Shown: piece by piece, positions 18,520 through 25,164 of the stretch
Numbering within the stretch: the first letter of the stretch is position 1
Layout: every line of letters starts with the position of its first letter
Source: a virus
Taxonomy: Duplodnaviria; Caudoviricetes
Strand: one strand, 5' to 3'
IMG/VR virus record: IMGVR_UViG_3300005805_008629
Coordinates: 1 to 29,500 of that record
Length of the DNA stretch: 29,500 nucleotides
The notes under the pieces: generated by a model
Databases searched by the model: none
What the model saw: only the letters and a program-made list of their open reading frames with translations
Told to the model about the DNA's origin: nothing
Made by a program: the position numbers and the translations under genes

Positions 18520-19290
18520 TTAATTTTGTAATATATTCCAAGCAGTTCCGTTGATTAATTCTTCTTGAGTAAATTGACCATAGGCAATATTCTGGCACTG
18601 TTTAATAATATTATCTGCATCAGGTTTAAAAGGTGTCGACAATTTAGATAAATCGTTAGATGATAATGGAGTAGCTGCACACGGAACCGAAACAAATGCC
18701 GGAATACCATATAATACTGATTCCAATGCAGCAATACTATTAAATGCTACGGTAGCATACACTCCACTATCAAAAGCATCATATATAGTGTATCCTTGAT
18801 TACGCTCACTTCTAGAACCTTTAACTCTTACTTCAATTGGAAGATTAGAATACTTCTGTATTTTTTCTGTAGTTTCTCTAACCCACGCATCACAATCGAT
18901 GTCATAAAAATTAGTAGCCTTAGGATTCGGTAATACTAATAATATTTTTTTATCGTAATTTTTCCATCCGGTAAATTTTAATCTAGAATCTTGTTTAATC
19001 AAATATTCCCATCGATCTCCAGGAACTTCTTTAATTTTGCTATGTTGTAATCCGTTTTTCACAACACGATGCCAAATTTTCTTACCACTAGTATTTCCGT
19101 CACTAGGAAAATTACCAACATATCCAGTGTCAACATAATAGTAATCCCTACCAGTCTCTTCACAAATTTTAATTTCTTTGCGTTTGATAACTCCTCGAAG
19201 TACTAAAGGTTTAGAGGTATCTTCAAAGTCGGTAGTAGCTTTGTTCTGCGAACCGATAACCAATGATTCTGTTATGTCAATGTCTTTCAT
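18520..19290 (-). CDS. Capsule-synthesis-like GT-B family protein, paralog 4
   Basis: VDTGY, WHRVVKNGLQ, KILLVLP, VAFNSIAALESVLYGIP and QFTQEELING. The true start is probably ATG 19290 (ATGA overlap), not the track's 19377. Confidence 0.65.
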   Translation of the reverse strand: MKDIDITESLVIGSQNKATTDFEDTSKPLVLRGVIKRKEIKICEETGRDYYYVDTGYVGNFPSDGNTSGKKIWHRVVKNGLQHSKIKEVPGDRWEYLIKQDSRLKFTGWKNYDKKILLVLPNPKATNFYDIDCDAWVRETTEKIQKYSNLPIEVRVKGSRSERNQGYTIYDAFDSGVYATVAFNSIAALESVLYGIPAFVSVPCAATPLSSNDLSKLSTPFKPDADNIIKQCQNIAYGQFTQEELINGTAWNILQN

Positions 19291-20096
19291 TGAAAATCTC
19301 TTTCTAAATAATATTTGGCTCGCCCGTTTCTTAATTCTGAAACATGAAATTGACCATATGCTAAATGACAAGCCCACGCATATCTCTTTTCAACATCTGG
19401 ATAATAAGGTGTTTCTATCTTAGACAGATCCTGTAAACTAACAGGACTAGCAGCATTGGAAGGTGCTAGAGTGAAAGCAGGAATTCCATGAAAGATTGAT
19501 TCTGTAGCGGCCACACTATTAAATGTAACTAATGCGAATACATCATCATCAAGAGCTTCTTGTAATGTGTCAGTTGATATTCTATCAATACGTTGAGGCG
19601 CACGTTCACGAACAACAATTTCTCTATCTGTAAATTGTTTCAATGTTTCTACAGTATTTTGCACCCACTGTTCCAAATCAACATCGTAGAATCTACAAGG
19701 TTTTTCATCAGGTTTTGCAATTAAAATCTTTCTGCCATCTTTTTTCCACGGATTAATTTTTTTGTTAAATTTTCGAAACCTATCATCTGGTCTAGGAATT
19801 ATTTCTCCATGTTGAAGATCATTCTTTACAATACGATGCCAATATTTCCAACCATATGGATTTTCTTTGGTTCTTTCGTTACCAAAATATCCAGTATCCA
19901 TGTAATAAAAATCTCTATCTTTCCTCCAACACTTTTGTATGATTTTTTTCTTTAGAATTCCTCGAAGGATAATGGGATCATTGGAATCTTCAAACTCAAA
20001 TTCGTCTGTATCAACAATATCTTGGCCACACCCTTTGGCAAACATATTGATGTATTCATCTTCTTTGTTTCTGCTTAAAAATATCCAATTACTCAT
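19287..20096 (-). CDS. Capsule-synthesis-like GT-B family protein, paralog 5
   Basis: MDTGY, WHRIVKNDLQ, KILIAKP, VTFNSVAATESIFHGIP and QFHVSELRNG. Confidence 0.65.
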   Translation of the reverse strand: MSNWIFLSRNKEDEYINMFAKGCGQDIVDTDEFEFEDSNDPIILRGILKKKIIQKCWRKDRDFYYMDTGYFGNERTKENPYGWKYWHRIVKNDLQHGEIIPRPDDRFRKFNKKINPWKKDGRKILIAKPDEKPCRFYDVDLEQWVQNTVETLKQFTDREIVVRERAPQRIDRISTDTLQEALDDDVFALVTFNSVAATESIFHGIPAFTLAPSNAASPVSLQDLSKIETPYYPDVEKRYAWACHLAYGQFHVSELRNGRAKYYLERDFQ

Positions 20097-20731
20097 TTTG
20101 TAACCTTTATTGTAACCTGCATATACTTGCTTCTGATCAAAGAAATAAATTCTCTATTATTTTCGGTAATCCATTCTTTCAATGCACGATATTCTCCTTG
20201 TTCCCAAAATGTATATTTTCTTGGATATTTCCAATGATACATTTCATCAAACACAATAATTGTTCCAGGAACAATTTGAGAATTCAGCGATGATAACACC
20301 TGTTTAGTACTAGAATATAAATCTGCATCTAAATGTAAAAATTTTATTGGAGAAGGATTTTCTTTAATCCACGATGGTAACGTTTCATTAAACCAACCCT
20401 TTACCAATTTAACATTTTCGTTAACTGATGGCAGTTTATCAACTGAAAAGAATCCCTTAGGTGACACATCGATTGAATTCATATTCCAATCTTCTGGCAA
20501 TCCTTCAAAGCTGTCGAATCCCCAAATGATATCTGAATTAAAATATAATGCGATTCTATTTATAGTGTTGGCCGTGTGTACTCCGAACTCTAATACCTGT
20601 CCGGCAATGTTAACATAGGACATCGCAGCATCTAAATGTACCTTTCTATTAGTATTTCCTTTGATACTATCGCAATAGACAACGGGTGTATTATGAAATA
20701 CATTTATTGAATAATTGTGTTGATTGATCAT
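20093..20731 (-). CDS. TylF/MycF/NovP-like class I SAM O-methyltransferase
   Basis: VLEFGV, GFDSFEGLP, VKGWFNETLP, LHLDADLYSST and GTIIVFDE. Confidence 0.88.
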   Translation of the reverse strand: MINQHNYSINVFHNTPVVYCDSIKGNTNRKVHLDAAMSYVNIAGQVLEFGVHTANTINRIALYFNSDIIWGFDSFEGLPEDWNMNSIDVSPKGFFSVDKLPSVNENVKLVKGWFNETLPSWIKENPSPIKFLHLDADLYSSTKQVLSSLNSQIVPGTIIVFDEMYHWKYPRKYTFWEQGEYRALKEWITENNREFISLIRSKYMQVTIKVTK

Positions 20732-21405
20732 AGATCACGCTGTAAACAGTAGTCTGTATAAATGCGCTCTCTGTGCCATTCATCTCCCATCGGAGTCGTA
20801 GCAAAATCGTGGAAACTTGGAGTACCAAGAGTATAATGTAATAGTTTGGCATCAGGATTGGCACCAAACTCGTCCGGTAACCAATTCCACACCTTAGGCA
20901 ATTCACCAACCAAATCATCAGTTAACCAACTAAATCTATGTACTTGTGCACCGGTTGCATTTTGTACAAACTCAAGAGTGACATTTTTATTTGCAGGATG
21001 GGCGCAATTCCATAATATTACGCTTGACCAATTTTTTCTTGGATAATTTTCATTCTTAGAACCAAGATATTTTTCAGTCATTTTAGTTTGATAATCATGT
21101 TTAACAACCATAACTGCTTTAGATTCGTCACGTAATTCCCATAACTTAGCAATATCATCTCGTAACAACATATCTCCATCCATAAATATAGCCCATCCCT
21201 GATAATTCATCAAATGTGGAACTAAAAATCTAGAGTAGATAAAATGATTACTACCATCTGTATGTTGTTCTTTGTAGTCTTTCATTATATTCAATGCTAG
21301 TGGTGCTACTGTAATTGGCTGACTTGAATTTCGAATAATACTATTCGTGCATACATGATATGCTACAGCCTCACGTGGATCGTAGCCTATAAAAATTGGT
21401 ATCAT
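20728..21405 (-). CDS. GT-A (GT8-like) glycosyltransferase
   Basis: IFIGYDPRE, SRFLVPHL, DxD in FMDGDM, KNWSSV.LWN, WNWL and HYTLGTP. Confidence 0.85.
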   Translation of the reverse strand: MIPIFIGYDPREAVAYHVCTNSIIRNSSQPITVAPLALNIMKDYKEQHTDGSNHFIYSRFLVPHLMNYQGWAIFMDGDMLLRDDIAKLWELRDESKAVMVVKHDYQTKMTEKYLGSKNENYPRKNWSSVILWNCAHPANKNVTLEFVQNATGAQVHRFSWLTDDLVGELPKVWNWLPDEFGANPDAKLLHYTLGTPSFHDFATTPMGDEWHRERIYTDYCLQRDL

Positions 21406-22166
21406 TTTCTTTCAATATCCTCTTCGGTGCATTCGTCGCCGTATTGTATTTCAACGATTTGGCATGGTTCGTCGTAGGGATTGAATAATCGATGCCATTC
21501 TGTTCTGCTGACATGATATTCGCTATGAGTTTTTAATGGTGTATGAATAAGATAAGCGTCTGACTGTATAGCATGACCGTAATGTTCCACCATACATTGA
21601 CCTTTAGCTACTAACCATATCTCAGTCCTGAGTTGATGTCTTTGTAAACTTAAAGATTGTCCGGGCTCTACCGTTAATTCTTTTACTTTACATCCGGGAA
21701 CTTCATGCAGCACCCGATAGTAACCCCAAGGTCTCTCTGTCTTAGGAGCCTTCCATTCTTGTAAAATCCACGAACTAGAATTCTTTTTATCTTCACCCCC
21801 AACACCAAATACAAATTCTACATCGGGCTCAGACATTTCCGGAATGTTTTCTGCTGTGCGATCACCACCGTTGGCAAAAATAATATGATGATCAGGATAC
21901 ATCAACTTAACATTTCGGATAGCTTCGATAGCGTGATTTTCTGTATCGTTGAATAAAATACAATGATCTACATCTTTGAGATTTTGAATGATATTGATAC
22001 GCTCAGAGCTTGGCATAAATTCTTGGCCTTTTTTCCTACGTAGCCAATCATCGGAGTTTACTCCTACTACCAGCTTATCGCCAAGTTTTTTAGCAGCATT
22101 TATATAAGATATATGCCCAGAATGTATGGGATCAAACCCACCGGTGACTAATACTATTGTTTTCAT
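21402..22166 (-). CDS. Cytidylyltransferase-family (RfaE domain II/TagD-like) nucleotidyltransferase fused to a mannose-6-phosphate isomerase type II-like cupin
   Basis: N-terminal: TGGFDPIHSGH (HxGH), VGVNSDDWL.RKKG, FANGGDR, KKNSSS. C-terminal: ERPWGYY, LSLQRH..R.E.W, VEIQYG...EEDIER. ATG 22166 is the preferred start. Confidence 0.88.
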   Translation of the reverse strand: MKTIVLVTGGFDPIHSGHISYINAAKKLGDKLVVGVNSDDWLRRKKGQEFMPSSERINIIQNLKDVDHCILFNDTENHAIEAIRNVKLMYPDHHIIFANGGDRTAENIPEMSEPDVEFVFGVGGEDKKNSSSWILQEWKAPKTERPWGYYRVLHEVPGCKVKELTVEPGQSLSLQRHQLRTEIWLVAKGQCMVEHYGHAIQSDAYLIHTPLKTHSEYHVSRTEWHRLFNPYDEPCQIVEIQYGDECTEEDIERK

Positions 22167-22171
22167 GCAGA

Positions 22172-22179
22172 TATTTATC
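22172..22179 (-). promoter_or_regulatory. Late promoter-like box GATAAATA heading the main glycan operon
   Basis: GATAAATA-TCTGC-ATG(22166), with no room for an SD. Confidence 0.65.
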
Positions 22180-22198
22180 TGCACATATAATGATTAAT

Positions 22199-22654
22199 TT
22201 AAAGAGTGGCGTCTTCCATACCCGCAGTTCTTAATTTAATAACATTGGATAATTGCCATTGTTTGACATCTAAGGCTTTGATAATGCCTAGCCATTTATT
22301 ACGTAATAGAGCAAAATCATTGATAATTTTTTCGAAATCAACAACATCGGCTTCGCCTTCTACAAATTTCTCACAGTCTCTAGAACTTAATGCTCTTTGA
22401 TAACTTTCAAGATATTTGCGGAAATGTTGACTTTTAAGTCTGCGAAGCTCGATGTTGAGATATTCTAATACTGCTTCAATTTCTTGAAGTTGATTAAACC
22501 GATTTTCTACGATACCAGGCATACTAGCAGCCGCACGTTCGATATTTCCTGAGATGTTAGCATCATATTTGGCAGATTGTAATTCTGATTCATAATATGC
22601 TACAGCATCTGGAATGGCGCTAATATCCTTTGAAACTTTATCGTACCAGTTCAT
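22199..22654 (-). CDS. uvsY: UvsY-like recombination mediator
   Basis: 151 aa, helical. The C-terminal 'GIIKALDVKQWQLSNVIKLRTAG' matches the UvsY end pattern, and the gene lies just downstream of uvsX. Confidence 0.8.
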   Translation of the reverse strand: MNWYDKVSKDISAIPDAVAYYESELQSAKYDANISGNIERAAASMPGIVENRFNQLQEIEAVLEYLNIELRRLKSQHFRKYLESYQRALSSRDCEKFVEGEADVVDFEKIINDFALLRNKWLGIIKALDVKQWQLSNVIKLRTAGMEDATL

Positions 22655-22878
22655 TCTTCCTCATCTTCATAATCGTTTTCAATTTCGTCACCATCAATTG
22701 AATATTCAATGGCTTCATCAAGATGTGGATCAACACCGATAAGTTCTTGAAGCACTGATTCTTTAATACCGTGATCAAGCAAAGTATTAATAAAATCTGA
22801 AGCTACGTCTTGTCTGTGTTTTTCTGGAATGTGTTCTACAACAACATGCCAGAGATCCGCGATTAAATCGTCTTTCAT
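22651..22878 (-). CDS. Small acidic phage hypothetical protein
   Basis: 75 aa with ATGA overlaps to both uvsX and uvsY. Confidence 0.8.
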   Translation of the reverse strand: MKDDLIADLWHVVVEHIPEKHRQDVASDFINTLLDHGIKESVLQELIGVDPHLDEAIEYSIDGDEIENDYEDEEE

Positions 22879-23960
22879 TCTACGCTCTCCGTTTCAGGTT
22901 CAACTGTAATATTAGTTATCTCTGATTGAAGAATTTCACCGTGTTTTGATATATCAGCCATTACTTTATCAAGGCTACCGTCTTCATTACGTTCCCACGC
23001 TTTACGGAATTGTTTAATAACTTCTCCGGTAGATTGGACCGTATAAACAAGGCTGTTACCTTCTTTCTTTAATAACTCCTTACCTTCAAACAAGTCAACG
23101 AGACCACTATGTGGGCTCATACCTGTATCATATGGAATCTTAACCTGTACACTTTCAAATGGTTTGGAATATCTGGTCTTCATGATCTTACATGCAGCAC
23201 GTATACCTTTAACTTCTGAAATCTTGTTGCCATCCTCATCCTCTTTAAGTTTGAGTTTTTTCATCGCAACAACGATACTTGAAGCATAGATAAATCCTTG
23301 ACCACCTGAAATTTTATCATCAGGGTCAAACATATCTTGGCTAGCGTATGTGTGATTTGTACAAACCAATCCTACATTCCAGCTGCCAAACATGTTTACA
23401 CAGTTACGGACCAATGCTGTTAGTGCTTTAGGCTTACGTCCCATATCACCTTTCAAATCACCTGCTTCAAACTGATTTAAATCTGTCGGAGTTAATAACA
23501 TACCAAGAGAATCAATCACGAATAAAATTTTTGGACGAGTATCCTCTGGCATTGTTTTATATTCTTTCATGAACTCAACAATAGTTTTAGCCACATCGTC
23601 AATCATAGCCATATTAAGTTTTAAAAGTTTATCTTCAGATGTATCAACACCTAATGCTTTCAACCAATCTTCATCTAATGCGTTTTCACTATCAATTAAG
23701 ATCGGAAATATACCTTGTTCTTGTGCGTGTCTCACAAGATTACCCGAACAGATGTATGATTTACCTGCTCCAGATTCTCCTGCGAATACTGTTACTTTGC
23801 CAAGAGGTACTCCTTTGTGAAAGTCGCCACTAATAAGATAGTTCAAAGCATAGTTACCTGTTGAGATCCAATCAGTTGGATCGTTAAAGCCAACTCCTAA
23901 TCCTTCGATGGATTTAGTAATCGACTTTCTAAATTTTGAAATATCAAATGCTTTAGTCAT
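22875..23960 (-). CDS. uvsX: UvsX/RecA-like recombinase
   Basis: WISTGNYALN, Walker A GESGAGKS, IDSE, Walker B FVIDSLG, NHTY and SGG.GFIY. Confidence 0.94.
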   Translation of the reverse strand: MTKAFDISKFRKSITKSIEGLGVGFNDPTDWISTGNYALNYLISGDFHKGVPLGKVTVFAGESGAGKSYICSGNLVRHAQEQGIFPILIDSENALDEDWLKALGVDTSEDKLLKLNMAMIDDVAKTIVEFMKEYKTMPEDTRPKILFVIDSLGMLLTPTDLNQFEAGDLKGDMGRKPKALTALVRNCVNMFGSWNVGLVCTNHTYASQDMFDPDDKISGGQGFIYASSIVVAMKKLKLKEDEDGNKISEVKGIRAACKIMKTRYSKPFESVQVKIPYDTGMSPHSGLVDLFEGKELLKKEGNSLVYTVQSTGEVIKQFRKAWERNEDGSLDKVMADISKHGEILQSEITNITVEPETESVE

Positions 23961-23977
23961 AGTTATACCTTTAGAAT

Positions 23978-24001
23978 AGAGTGCGAGTTGCCTCGCACTC
24001 T
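23978..24001 (-). terminator. Stem-loop with GCAA tetraloop between gene 32 and uvsX (weak terminator or stabiliser)
   Basis: AGAGTGCGAG-GCAA-CTCGCACTCT, a 10-bp stem with no good U-tract. Confidence 0.6.
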
Positions 24002-24014
24002 GTTTATCTTATTA

Positions 24015-25001
24015 TTATTTTTGACGATTGCGAATCATAGCAAGGATATCTTGCGCTTTACTTGCGCCGTCTGTGCTTGCTGTTGCTGCCGCAGGTGCTG
24101 CTTGTGGAGCAGATGCTGCTGCTGCCGGTTCGTCATCAAATTCTTCAGTTGCTGCTTGTGGAGCAGGTGCTGCTACCGCCGGTTTATTTGGATCACCAGT
24201 TTGTTGGCTTAGGCCAGCTGGACGGAAATATTGACTCCAACGATCTGGATCATATGCTTCTCCATCAACCGATGCTTCAAACATTTCCTTGATGACTTTT
24301 AACTCAACGTCAGTTGGTTTCTTAGGTAAGAAATCTGACAAATTGTATAAACCATGAGTAGCAAGTGCTGCTTGTTCAGTTTCACTTAAAGAACGCTCAC
24401 GACGTGACCATTTGCTTGTTGAATAGTCAGCAAATCCACCTTTTGATGTTTTTGCAATACGGAAATCTAAACCACGCAATGCGTCTGTTGGGCTTTCTTC
24501 TAATTCTGGATCCATTAATGCTGAACGGATAATTTGATAGATTTGAGGTCCAATAATGAAACGTCTAATTGGATTTTCTGGAGTTTCTTTTTCACCTAGT
24601 GGATCTTCTACTACAAAGCCTTGGAAAATGTAACTTCTTTTCTTCCAATACTTACGACCCATTTCTTCTAAATTCTTATCTTTGAACCATCCACGTACTT
24701 CTGATAAGATCGGACATGCTGAACCATCATTGTACATTTCAACACAAGGTACCTGTACTTGTACTTGTCTTGAATCTGTTTCACCTTTGATACCAGCGAA
24801 AGGTAACTTGATCATCGCACGTTCTACCCAGAAGAATGTGTTATTTGCATTGCCATCTGGTAAGAAACGAACTACGGCTTCTTTGCCTTCTTGCATGTTC
24901 CAGTGTGGGTAAATTGCGTTGTCGCCGCCGCCTGTTGATTGTCCTGTGGACTTTGCTTGTGCTTCTTGAAGTTTTGCACGGATTTCTGCTAATGTTGCCA
25001 T
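24015..25001 (-). CDS. gp32-like single-stranded DNA-binding protein
   Basis: VRFLP, CPI...W and KKRSY motifs, DF...K...GGFADY..S.W, acidic Ala-rich tail; SD AGGAGG; next to uvsX/uvsY. Confidence 0.9.
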   Translation of the reverse strand: MATLAEIRAKLQEAQAKSTGQSTGGGDNAIYPHWNMQEGKEAVVRFLPDGNANNTFFWVERAMIKLPFAGIKGETDSRQVQVQVPCVEMYNDGSACPILSEVRGWFKDKNLEEMGRKYWKKRSYIFQGFVVEDPLGEKETPENPIRRFIIGPQIYQIIRSALMDPELEESPTDALRGLDFRIAKTSKGGFADYSTSKWSRRERSLSETEQAALATHGLYNLSDFLPKKPTDVELKVIKEMFEASVDGEAYDPDRWSQYFRPAGLSQQTGDPNKPAVAAPAPQAATEEFDDEPAAAASAPQAAPAAATASTDGASKAQDILAMIRNRQK

Positions 25002-25061
25002 TTGTAAGCCTCCTAATAATTAGCCTTTAATAATAAAATATGCCTTTTACGCATAGTATTA

Positions 25062-25095
25062 AGTATGCGCTTTTTATTTATCATTGTCAATGATA
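25062..25095 (-). promoter_or_regulatory. Overlapping sigma70-like and late-type promoters for gene 32
   Basis: TTGACA (25090-25085)-17 nt-CATACT (25067-25062), with GATAAATA (25082-25075) inside the spacer. Inverted repeat TATCATTG-T-CAATGATA (25079-25095). Confidence 0.6.
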
Positions 25096-25115
25096 TTTTA
25101 AAAATATTTTTCGCC

Positions 25116-25140
25116 AAAACAAAACCCGCCGTAGCGGGTT
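25116..25140 (-). terminator. Rho-independent terminator
   Basis: AACCCGC-TACG-GCGGGTT then TTGTTTT; C(UACG)G tetraloop; downstream of the long acidic-protein gene. Confidence 0.88.
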
Positions 25141-25164
25141 CTGTCTTTTCCTTCTCAAGGAATT

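Noticed and set aside
24060-24185. GCTGCTTGTGGAGCAG direct repeat near the gene 32 3' end
   Set aside because: It encodes the low-complexity Ala/Pro tail (APQAA twice) of the SSB and is not a separate element.
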